Part shown: positions 47,273-59,880 of the stretch, in pieces
Numbering within the stretch: position 1 is the stretch's first letter
Layout of the letters: every line of letters starts with the position of its first letter
Assembly (NCBI GenBank): GCA_032718475.1
Contig: JAUCBJ010002551.1
Coordinates: 20,160-84,159 of the forward strand
Length of the DNA: 64,000 bases
Direction: 5' to 3'
Source: Nemertoderma westbladi
Lineage: Eukaryota; Animalia; Xenacoelomorpha
Program-made: the position numbers and the translations under genes
Notes under the pieces: generated by a model
Databases searched by the model: none
What the model was told of the DNA's origin: nothing
Seen by the model: only the letters and a program-made list of their open reading frames with translations

Positions 47273-48048
47273 CAATAGTAGGAATGTGTTTTACTGAACT
47301 ACGGTTCGGTAGGACTAAAGTTATTTGAAAATTTTGTATTTTGAGGTAAAGGTTTGTATTTGATTAGCTAAGTGCTAATTTTTTGAAATAAAATTTGATT
47401 TGAACCGCGTGTAAAATATTTTTGGAATTGAATACCGGTGTTTAAAAGGGTTTAAATACCATATTGTACCGTTACAAAATTTTCGTAAAAGTAAAACCTA
47501 ACTCTTTTGTTTTTTCAGGATTCAGAACTCATTTCTAGACTGTAACGGGAGCAAGACCGTGTTTAGCAAGTTTGGGAGATAGATAACTCAACAACTTTGG
47601 TTGGGAAAATCGCGTTTCGTCCGCAACGTTAAAAACGGAAAGGTTCACGTCCGGTTTGTATTTGGGAATCTGTTTTCTGGAGAATTATTGGAGTGGGTGA
47701 GTTCGAAAAGTTGCATAAATAAGTTAGGCATTACCGTATTAGTTAAAATTATTGTGGGTTCCACTGTCTCAAGTATTTATGCATTCCGTATGATTTCTTT
47801 GTTCATTGCTGAATTAGTCCGTATTATTGTATTTAATTTACCTTTTTGATAACGCATATCGTTATCCAATTTATTTGTTATAAAATTGGCCGCTAGGCTA
47901 ATTTTATTATATACTTATTCCGTGACATTTATTTGCTATAAAATCGGCCGGTAGGCTAATTTTACATGACTGTAATTAGTACCGTTTTATACAAATACGG
48001 TAAACTTGATACTTTGACACTCACTTTACTTGACTTACAACTACCGAA

Positions 48049-51000
48049 ATGAGTGACAAACAAGACTATACGAAGAATACACAAACCGACTATGACTCGT
48101 GTGACGGAGATAAGTCAGCAGCGGAAGAACAACAGGGGAAGACTCGCGAGCCTACCGAACCTACACCGTGTGCGTCACCAGTACATCCAACGGGAGTACC
48201 GGATGCCGTAGTACGAGGCGACGGCAGGACCGAGGACTTTCTAACTGTTCCGCAACCTAGATATAGGGAAACGGAAATGGTAAGTTCAGCAGGAAGCACA
48301 GAAAGTGTGGTTAGAAGCGTCGGTGGATACATGGCGCATATAACCAGGAGCATTGGAGAAGGCCAACGCATATTAGACGGGTTGACCGCTCCGATGTCTC
48401 GATTCGAGTTCTACACCCTCCAGGTTAGAGTACAGAGTAAAGTATATAAGTCCGTAGATAATCTAGTTGGCCTACAAGATCTAGCTAGACAGAGACAGGA
48501 CATGGATACCCAACTTAGAATCCTCGAGAAACTAATGATCACTAGAGAGAAACTGATTCAGTTTAAGTCGACGATTAGACAGATACAACAGGAACAAGCG
48601 GACCAGTTGTTAGGTGAGTCAGTTTCGGACGAATTATTACAGCCCGAGGAAGAACAGGAACTGTACCGACTGGATGGACAATTGAAACATCTGACGGACC
48701 ACTTACGTATGTGCGGCGAAGACGTCGGCGATTTGGAAACCGTGCCGGAATATACGAGGGAAACTTCACCCGTACGAATCGAATCGGCACCGGGAATACT
48801 GGATCAATCTCTGGTGAGTATTCGTAGCGAAATCGGCGAGGGAAGTATGGCTACGTCAGAAATTGCTCGACAACAACAGCTCTGCAGACAACAACAGGAG
48901 ATGGAGGAACAAACTCAACTTCTAATGCTACAAGCAGCAGTAGAAGAAGAGAAGCTACGCGTTGCAAATATAGCAAGAATCTCCCATCTGCAAGAACAAG
49001 CCGAGTTGGAAGCAGCCGAGATGGAAAGGTTAGAGTTGGACATTGCGCAACAAACAGCAGCAGCGGCAGCGGCTGAGTCAGAGCGACAAGCGGCAGCAGC
49101 AGCGGCAGCGGCTGAGTCAGAGCGACAAGCGGCAGCGGCAGCGGCTGAGTCAGAGCGACAAGCGGCAGCGGCAGCGGCAGCGGCGGAGTTAGAGAGAAAC
49201 CGGTTAGTTTTAGAAGCCAGAGCAGAGATGAAGACACGGCAAATAAAGGCCCAGTCAGCTATACGACAAGCGGAACTCGAGGCGCAACAACAACAAACGG
49301 AACAACGCGAGAAAGAAGTTAAACTTCGTTTCGAACTCGAGAAGAAGGCGAGAGAATTAGCCAACGCCAAGGAAGACCTAGATCTACAAGCCCGCGATCG
49401 ATCGATGAGATCTCGAGACGGACATGACTTGGACCAAATAGAGGTAAGACATCGCCAAATTCAGGAACGGAAGAAGGAAGGAAGCGTAGGAGCACCCGGA
49501 CGGGAACGACAATTAGTAAAGGACTTGTGTCAACGATTCCCACAGGTAACTCATATGTTTGCACCGGTTACGACTAAGGAACCTGTTTCGATTGCGGGTA
49601 GTAGTAACATTTCTCCTATCCATGGTGCGACGGAACACAGGTTTGTTATTCCGGACGAGTTTACACCGCCAAGAGCAACGTCGTCGCCTATTCCGAAAGT
49701 CAAGGTAAGTAACCCACCGATTACAGATCGCAGTAGTTTATTAGTCGAACCTGTATTACTGACGACTAAACAGGTGAGTCCACCTCTGACGCCAAAACCT
49801 GTTACACACTACGCTTACCCAATGACGTTTAGGCCAACAAGGCCTTTGGATTCAAACGTTGTTACTCGACCACCGGTTCAATTTACATCGCAATCTACGA
49901 CTTCGAGGAAGACTTGTGAGCCTACCGAACAACGGAGAACAGTGGATACGCGACCATTCAATCAATTTACATCGCAATCTACGACTTCGAGGAAGACTTG
50001 TGAGCCTACCGAACAACGGAGAACAGTGGATACGCGACCATTCAACCAATTTACATCGCAATCTACGACTTCGAGGAAGACTTGTGAGCCTACCGAACAA
50101 CGGAAACCAGTAGACGATGTTCCAAAACGAAACGTTAGAGTTCGAACGACACAACGGACGCGAGCACGTCGACCACCATATCCAGATGATAGTAGTACTT
50201 CGAGCGAATCGGATTATCCGAAACGCGAGGTATTTAGAACAGGGGCGGCCGATGAATATAAACGCGAGCGTTCAGACAACTCCTTTGTAGACAATCCTCC
50301 ACAGAATACACCGACACAGAAGGCGTTACCACCAGCGGGCGCGATCGGTGCACAACAGTTCGCCGACATTGTCAACAAGTTGGCCCGGATTGAGGAACGT
50401 CTGGAGGAAGGTTACACCGACAGTTCGAGAAATTCCGAATTCGAACACAATAGACACCCGAAGGAACCACAAAGACCGGTACCTTCCAACCCCACATCGT
50501 ATCAGGGAAAAGCGCCCAGAAGGGAGAACATCAACCAGGTTACCAACCAAGGACGCGAAACTCTGAACGTTGCCGAGGAGATAGCGAAATTCGCAGCCAG
50601 ACAAGGATTGCCGGTGCAACAACCACCGAAGTTTTCCGGTAGCTCAAAACACTGGCATACCTTCGTAGACTATATCGAATCCCAGATCGCCGTGTGCGCC
50701 TTTACATCACGGGAGAAGTTCAATTACCTGCTCCAAACGTTGTCAGGAGAACCTAAACGTTTGGCGGAGACCTTCGTTGGTGTACCGGACGCTTTCGAAC
50801 TAGCGTACGATCGTTTGACTTCGATATACGGAGGTACAGTGAGTATGGCCAGGTCAGTAATAGAGGAACTCTGTAAGGGAGGGGCTATCACTAAACCCGT
50901 CGACTTACTAAAACTAGCTGACGAGATCAAGAACGCTATCACTACCTTAAGATCAATTGGACAACTTGATTACGGGAATACCCCTACAGTTCTATTAAAG

Positions 51001-54000
51001 ATAATAGGACGACTCCACCATCGACTTCGTCGGGAGTGGAGGAAGGTCGAATACCAGCGAGAGGAGCGAGGAGGATTCCTAAAATTAGAAGATGTGTACC
51101 TTTTAATATCCAGGGAGGCGGTAGTAGAAACTCGATCTAACTACACCGACCAGCACATCGTAGCAGAAGGAATCACATTGCCCTCTTCAAACCGACAAAA
51201 ACCCCAGACAACATCCACTAAGACGGCCACTTACGCCACACCGACGGAATCACGACAATTCTCAGACGGTAATAGAGTATCTGCGCCCATTGGGACGAAA
51301 CAGACGAGACAGCAACTCAGCACCGACTTCAACGGCTGCCAATACTGCGAGCATCTAGGTAAGCGGTATATTGGTCACAAGTTACGAGGTTGTCGACAAT
51401 TTCGCGAGTTGAACTCGGAAGAACGACGGCTGCAGATACGGCCACTGGACTCTTGTTGGCGGTGTACGCGACACGGACACGTCCGTAAAGATTGCCCAAA
51501 TACCGACACTTGTCCATCCTGTGGACGCAACCACGACGGTCTGCTCCACACAGACAGCCACACGCCGACGAAACGCTTCGCCAGGGAACATCCGGAAGCG
51601 GCAGCGAGATGTGATGCGGCCTACCGAAAACGAGAATCGAAAACGACTCCGACCTTCGTGACACATATTGAGGATTGCTTCTCAGAACAATCCGGATCGT
51701 CGGACGAAGAATCAGAAGACGACGACGAATATCCCAATGGAGACGAACAACCGTCGATCGCGCTCCTGACTACTGATCAACTGAAGGGATTCAGTGTAAT
51801 CCCGATTAAAGTTACTGGCACAAAGGGGAGCAAAAGAATCTACGCGATTCTAGATTCAGCCTCATCTCATAGCTACGTGGACGAAAAGATAGCTGACGTC
51901 GTGACGGATCTTAAACAAGGTAAGCGTGTCAGTTATACAGTAAGTAGTATGCACGGACAGCGTGCAATACCAGTGACACGAGTTAAATTGGACTTAGACT
52001 CTCTTCTTCCAAAATCGCAACACAGCGAGAGGGAGAGGTCTTTGTTACCCTTTAGAGATCTAACCTTTGCTGCCACGAAGGACTTTAGTAACCTACTAGG
52101 TCCAGTGCCGGAACAATCTCTAGAGGACCGTAAGTATTTCAGACACCTTGGTGTACCCGAATGTCCTGTCAATTATAGATCGGTAGCAATGCTGATCGGG
52201 ACGGACCAATTCAACCTACATCAGGTGTGGGAAACCAGACCATCGGCAGTTGTAGCAGGAAACGCATACGCCTGCAGAACGCCGATAGGGTGGTATACTC
52301 GAGCGCCTGTGCGCACACTAGACGTAAGTGACGAGGAAGACGATGTACAGAGTACATGTAGTTTATTAACTACTAATTCAATTCATTCCTTTTCACACGA
52401 CGTTAACCATACTACGCTACAGTCGACAAAACATGACAGACGGGTAACTAGTATGATAAGTCACAAGGAGCAGCTAACCTACAAGGTGAGTCTAGGACTT
52501 GGGGGGAAGACGAGTCAGCTAGAGATTCCATCGACGACAGATGATAGGCTTGCGAGTCTACCTACCCCAATAACCTCAACAGTGCCCGTCGATATCGACG
52601 ATGACGCGTTGAAAATTCATCAGTTGGAACAAGCCGCCTTGGACAAAGAATTAACGGAAAAGACTATCAGGTGGTTAGAACAAGATACAGCTGAACCTGG
52701 TAGCTACGAACCTTGTATGTCGGAACAGGAGAAACAATCTCTGAAAATCATGGAAGATACTATCCACCAGACAAAAGACGGACATTATGAGGTGGGGATG
52801 TTATGGCGTAGCCAAAGTCCTAAACTTATAAATAACTACCCACTGGCTTTAAGACGTCTACACTCAATACGACAATGTCTATTAAAGGACGAGAAAGCCC
52901 ATCTGCAGTACAACACTCAGATGATGACGTATTTGACTGAAGGATACGCTATCCGAATGACTAACCCGGAGCGAGTGACCGACCAGACGTACTACTTGCC
53001 ACATCACTACGTGAGACACCCCGATAAACCAGACAAAGTACGTGTAGTTAATGACTGTGCGGCTCTGTTTGAGGGAATGTCCCTCAATAGTGAGTTGATG
53101 GATGGACCGAACATGAATAATTATCTTATGGGGGTGATTATGCGCTTCCGTCAGCGCCAAGTAGCCTTTACTTGCGACGTTGAAGCGATGTTTCACCAAG
53201 TAAAAGCGTTAGAGCGAGACAAAGACAGTTTGCGGTTCCTCTGGTATCCGGAAGGAGACTTAAGTCTACCACCAGCGACTTACCAAATGCAAGTTCGCGT
53301 TTTCGGTGCCAGAGACAGCCCAAATTGTACGATGTACGCCTTGAAGCAAGCCGCTAGAGATCAGAAACATCTATATGACCCAGAGATAATTAGAATTGTA
53401 GAACGTGACTTTTACGTCGACGACGGTTTACAGAGTTGCGACACAGTAGAACATGCTACAACAGTAGCACATCAATTACGGGACTGCTTGGCGGGCGGAG
53501 GTTTTAACCTCACCAAATTCGCCTCAAACAGTGCCGAATTAGTTGACTCATTCGGAACTACTGAGCGTGGAGGTGGTGACATAGACCTAGAGTTCGAACC
53601 ACTACCGACGACTAAGGTGTTGGGGCTCTTTTGGGACCCAAACACAGACAACTTTCGAGTGAAGGTGAGACTGGACAGTCAAGGGAACACACTGACAAAG
53701 AGATCATGCTTGTCAAAGTTGAGCCGATTGTTCGATCCGTTAGGATTCATCAGTCCAGTGATACTGCAAGCCCGCATTTATATGCGCAGTATATGGAAGG
53801 ATGGACTAACGTGGGACGAGCCGATCTCATCAGACCAAGTGGACTTATGGAAGACCTGGGAGGCGGAATTATCTTCGCTAGAGGATTATTTCATACCCAG
53901 GGTTTACTTTCCATTACAAAGTACATTTCCTGACAACTTAGAACTACACTGTTTTTCTGACGCCAGTGACAACGGTTTTGGTGTGGCAGCGTATTTGCGC

Positions 54001-56807
54001 AGACAAGTAGAATCGGACGAGTTCGATGTTTCGCTCATTACTTCTAAGGCTAAGACCATGCCTACTAAGTATATGACGACACCACGAGCCGAGCTACAAG
54101 CCGCGACCCTGTCAACCACCATCGTGAACCTCATACAGACAGAACTACAGTCGAGTTTACAGATATTTTATTGGACTGACGCGACGTTGGTTTTATTTTA
54201 CATAAACAACGACACACTCGAATTCAAGACATTCGTAGCTAACCGTCGCGCGGAAATTCTAGACCGTTCAATAAAAGAGGATTGGCGACATTGTCCCGGA
54301 CCACAAAACCCAGCTGATATTGCGTCGCGAGGAATGATGCCTGAGGAATTCTGTAAACCGGAGAACAAAGAGTTTTGGCAACACGGACCCCAGTTCTTGC
54401 AGAAATCGACACAAGATTGGCCTCCGTTATACGACAACAAGTCCAACACCATTCCTAAGGACGCCGAAATCAAGAAACCAAAAAGGGGGAAGACAAAGAA
54501 AAAGATAACGGCGGCAAAACTCAAGAAAAAACCGAAGGCGAAATGGAAGGATATCAAGCTTCAAAGGTCAAGAGAGGAAGACTTGCGAGCCTTTCTACAC
54601 CAGACATATCGCCAGACGGTCAACCAGACACGTTACCAGACGGCCAACCAGACATGTTACTAGACAGCCAACCAGACATTTTGCCAGACATATCACAAAA
54701 TGTTCCACCAGACGCTAGTAACACACTGACATACAGTAAAGCCGCAGTTTCCCTATTGGAGCGGCCTTCTATTGACAAACAACCAGATACGTTACCAGAC
54801 GTATCGCCAGACACATTACTAGACAGTCGACTAGACATTAGTAATGTATCGACTAACAATAAAGCCGCAGTTTCCCTATTGGAGCGGCCTTGTATTGACA
54901 AACTACCAATTTTGACACACTTGAGCAACCATAAGCATGGTGAAACCTCATGTATTGCAGATGTGGGTAGTACCTACGCTAATGTAAATACAGGTGTTAC
55001 TTTGCGCTCAAGAGACATACCGAACTTACAACCTGTGGTGAGACCTGGGATTAATGTCGGCAGAAAATTAAGTTTACCAAAACCTGCTGACCCCATAGAG
55101 TTCAAACCACCATTAACGATCGACTTACAAAGTACCGACAATCAAGGTAAGAAGACAAAGAAGGACAAATTACTTGTAGACCCGGACGGATCAACAGTCA
55201 ACAAGGGAATACTTACCGGCGGACCCGTGGGCCCTTCTAGTAATTCAAAACCTTCCAAAATTTCCATTGACTTACCTGATGACGTCACAAATACTTACGT
55301 CGACCGTATTGTAAACCTAACAGATTCTTGGTCAAACGCTTGCCGAAAACTAGCGTGGATTGTACGTTTTGTACAATACGTTAAAGGCAAACGTGACTTT
55401 ACACGTCGACTTACATTGGCTGAGATTGACAGGTGTGAGATTAAATTAATTCGCCATTACCAACTGCGATATTTCGCGCGCGAATTCACATCTATAAATC
55501 AAGGTCAACCAATCAAGTCGTCACCAATACTGAGTTGGAGTCCGATTATTTATAATGGCTTAATTTGTCATAAATCTCGGCTTCAAAACATTGACTTTAA
55601 CACAAACTTTAGGTACCCAATAATAATACCGCAACATCACGAACTACAATGTGCAATGATACTGGACGCACATTTACATCTGAAACACGCTGGAAGACAC
55701 CACTGTCTTTCCTACTTACGTACTAGATTTGTATTAATTAGACCCAGTAAAGCATTAAGTTCAGTGACACGTACGTGTATTATTTGTAAAAAGGTACATT
55801 CTAGAATAGGTACCCAAGAAATGAGTGAACTACCACAAGCACGACTTCAAGCATTCAGACCACCTTTTACAGAGACTGGAATTGATTGCTTTGGTCCCAT
55901 ACATACGAAACGTGGACGTATACTAGTAAAACGCTGGGGACTGATTTTCACATGTATGTCCAGTAGGGCAGTTCACATTGAACGTGTGATGGATCTTTCC
56001 ACCAACGCGTTTATACTAGCACTGCGGCGATTTATCGCTAGACGCGGACTAGTAAAATGCTTGTACTCAGACCAAGGGACAAACTTTGTTGGTGCTCGGA
56101 ATGAGATTGCTAGAGCCTTTAAGAAATTAGATCATGATCAAATCTCAAACGAACTGCAACCTCACAAGATTGTTTGGAAGTTCAATCCTCCAGATAGTCC
56201 TTGGAGAGGCGGAGTCTGGGAGAGACTGATTAGATCTATAAAGACAGCAATGGCAAAGGTCATTCCAGTAAACCACATATTAACAGACGACCAACTGACA
56301 ACATTGTTTGTTGAAATCGAGGCAATACTAAATACTAGACCAATAGTATTAGTACCCGATGACAAACAATCTCAGTTCGCTTTGACACCGGCACACCTGC
56401 TTATGCAGGCACCGACTACTTTAACGCCAATTTCTATTCCAATAGAAAGTGACAGCTACGGTAGAAAAGCGTGGAAAATCACGCAACTACTAGCTAACAA
56501 ATTCTGGGAAATATGGCAAAACCATTATTTGCCCTCTATTTCTGCCAGAACAACATGGTACAATAACACCCGCGCATTAAAGCCGGGAGATCACGTGCTG
56601 TTGGCAGAAGTGAATCTAAAAAGACGCTTCTGGATAACAGGTGTCATTTTAGCCACACATCCATCTATGGATGGAGTGACAAGAACTGTGACGGTACGGA
56701 CAATTGACGGTCGTACAGTAGACAGACCGACTCAACGTCTCATACTTCTTGAAGAGACTCGTAACGAGTCTGGAGACTACAAATCTCCACCTAATACTAG
56801 TAAATAA
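48049..56807 (+). CDS. Gag-Pol polyprotein of BEL element 2, with one -1 frame change between RNase H and integrase (54459-54663)
   Basis: 2204-aa ORF: coiled coil, PPKFSG (DUF1759-like), CQYC...H...C / CWRC...GHVRKDC / CPSC...H...LH, ILDSAS, YYLPHH, CDVEAMFHQV, FYVDDG, FSDAS, PRAEL, WTDA. 754-aa ORF: HLHLKH...CIIC, GIDCFGP, YSDQGTNF, GGVWERLIR, FWEIWQNHYL. Confidence 0.92.
49876..50103 (+). repeat. 84-bp in-frame tandem repeat in gag (~2.7 copies)
   Basis: Encodes QFTSQSTTSRKTCEPTEQRRTVDTRPFN repeats. Confidence 0.92.
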
Positions 56808-57470
56808 TTAGGAGTTTACAAATAGATTTCCACGTACCTGTACACCGTAGTAAGGACAGCGGTAGAATTCCATTGTCTTTATATGTGAACATTGAGGGTG
56901 GTACCCTTATGTGTCACATAGGAGCGGGATTTGTAGGTATAAGAAATGGAATTCTACTTGGAACTCACAATATTGAGACATTTTCGAAATTTTAGACAAT
57001 CCATTTGGATTTGAAAAATTTTTAAAAAATTTCTCCAGTGAATAGATTTCAGGGTACAATCGGGTGGAACTTAAAATTAGAGAAACAAGAGAGGAAGACT
57101 TGCGAGCCTTTCTTAAAATTTTTAATTAAATTTTACACGGTCTTGTTTCAATAAGTTACGTCAAAATAGACTCCCCTATATTTATTACTAATTCTTGACT
57201 GCTTATTTTCTGATAATAGTTTGGGATCAAAAGGTGAGTATTTTAGACTCACGGCCAGTTTAGCCCAAATTCGTTTTTTATTTCGGCAAAAAATTTTAGA
57301 TAAGAAGCAGCGTGTCATTAAAGAAACCTTAGATCTTAGGCTATGGGTAGGAGGTTAGAGCGTTGTCGAAGCCCAAAAGGCAGACGAAACTCTCACGTCT
57401 CCTCACAACTAACCACAAACTCTGTTGTATTCCCTCTAGTAGTAATGATTATGTAACTACACCTCTAATT

Positions 57471-59172
57471 ATGGAGAAAGGGATACAAAGAGAGCCGAGA
57501 TGGGGATATGATATCCAAGAGGAGGCGGCAGCTTCATTCGAACGATTTGGAGCAAAAGACTACACTATATTTGGTATAAAGGAATTATCAGAAAGTACAG
57601 CGAAGCTCGCAAAGACAGCAATGCCTTTACTCGAGCAGGATTTAGCATATTTGAGACGTGTATCTTCGCTGTGCGGGATCTCTTATCGAAAGACCATCTA
57701 TGTTTACATTGTTACCCTATGAAGGAGAACGTATCGTGGAAATTACGGATGAATCACGGCAGACGCGCGCGCCTATCGGTCACCTTGGTGATGAATTCGA
57801 AGTAACTACTACGATCGCCGACGATCCTTTAGAGGAACTTCTTGAGATAGAAAGGAACCTCCCGAAGAAATCTCAGACGGAGATTCGACAACTTGAAGCA
57901 ACAGATGCTATAGTTTGTATACAACCTTCAGAAACCTACCAACCCATAGACCCAGATGATTATGATTATAGTATGGGAGGAAGCGCTCGACCGATTGGAG
58001 ATCTTATATACGAACGAGTGTGGTACCCTGCCAATACGATGTGTAGTAAATGTGGCGTCGCTGGACATCATATGGCAAAGTGCAGTGGAAAGCACATTAC
58101 TACGACTCAGCTAATCTGTGGATGGTGTGGGGATCAAGGGTCTCATACCTTTTATACTTGTTGGAGATTTATGGCTCAATGTACTTACTGCAATATAAAG
58201 GGACATCGAGCATCTGAATGCCAACTAAGAGACATACCTTATGAACACGAATCTGTAAAACTCGTGAGGAAGTTATTTGATGAGTGGGAAGATTTAGCCG
58301 ACGAACATGTATCGGCACAGAGAAGACGGTTTCCGATGAGAGCGCATCTCGGATTTTGGGCGGTAAATCCCCAGACGATGATGTCGGAAGGATATATCTC
58401 CGCTATGCCCCAATATGACGAACTTATCGATGTTGTCGATATTTTGCCCCACGACAGCGGATTCCGAGTGGTGCGCGAGTATCTGTTACAAATTCACCCG
58501 GATAACAAAAACACGTGGAATTTTCAGAAAGTCGTTAATCGGATTACGTATGGTGAATTCCATCGTTTCCGAACTGAAAAGCGGAACAAAGGAGCTTGGT
58601 TAACCGTCGCATGGGCGTACCGAGCCGCGTTTTACCACAAACGTATACGAGCGAGCGTATTCGAGGAAGAAGAGGTCCTAGAGGCGACGAATATACCAGC
58701 CACTCCGGTTGCGCCGTCTGCACGTCACCCTCGGGAGGACGGGCAGGGTAGGATCATACGGGTCCAAAAGGTGGGCCAACAATTGAAGAAAATTATTAAT
58801 GTAGAAGAACGCAAGGGAGTTGAGCCGACTATTCGAGTTACTCGGGATACGGTATCACTTCCAAGAGAACCAGTAGGAGGATCGGGACATACACCAGCTG
58901 ATCAACAGGGGGCGCAAGCTACTCTTGGGTCTGCGTCGTCCACTTCTCGCGCGTTCCCAGACGTTCTACCAACTGTAGTGACGACTGATCGGTCACGAGG
59001 AATCGGTCGAGGTTTTGGGATGCCAAATAGACGAATTTGCGAGGAAATAGTCGCACCGTCTCTCAACGTCCCAAGTAAACCAGTGACTCGCCCCATTAGT
59101 CCCATGTCGCGAGCAAAGTCACCTGTGCGCAGTTTTCGAGGACGCGGCAGGGCTCGATCCACTAAGCGATAA
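57471..59172 (+). CDS. Accessory ORF3 of BEL element 2: triple CCHC zinc-knuckle protein (probable frameshift near 57660-57720)
   Basis: Sense ORF between pol and the 3' LTR, with CSKCGVAGHHMAKC, CGWCGDQGSHTFYTC and CTYCNIKGHRASEC, and a basic low-complexity C-terminus. No signal peptide or transmembrane segment typical of env. Confidence 0.78.
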
Positions 59173-59880
59173 AAGGGAGGGCAAGGGTGGACAGAGGACT
59201 CGTGAGCCTTTCTTGTGAATTTGTGATTTATTTTGAATTATATGTTTTATGTTTAGAAAGTTTTGTATTCTGGAAAAGACTCATATTTAGTAAAACTTAT
59301 ATTTAGTAAAACTTATATTTTATATTTGTGCTTATTCCGAACTTATGCAATTTGTATTGTTCCGAATTTATGAAATTTAGAAAGCAGCTTATATCTGTAT
59401 TTAGTACGACTTATATTTAGTAAGAATTTATATTTTATATTTGTAATTATTCAAAACTTATGCAATTTATATTATTCCGAACTTATGCAATTTATATTGT
59501 TCCGAATATTATGCAATTTATATCTTATAAGCAGTATTTGTATTTACAGTGAAATAGAAATAGATGGAAGACTCGCGAGCCTTTCTTATTGTTTTCATTT
59601 ATTTGTATTTGTAATTGTTTGAATTTATGCAATATTGAGATGCAATAGATTTATATTGGTGAATTTAATTTAGATTTATATTGTACTTACTTAGTAAAGC
59701 CTTAAATACGTAAAGTTTGAATTTGTAATTATTTTGTATCGAATCATTATATAGAAAGGAAGTATTGTTTGAAATTTAATTGTAAATATGTAAGTACGCC
59801 CTAAGTATTCTATAGTTTGATTGATTATTGGTGAAAACCGTATATTTTATGCACGATAATATCCTGTTTTCATGGAGCGG

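Noticed and set aside
57471-59172. env gene in BEL-2
   Set aside because: No signal peptide, transmembrane helix or fusion-protein pattern; the protein has zinc knuckles instead.
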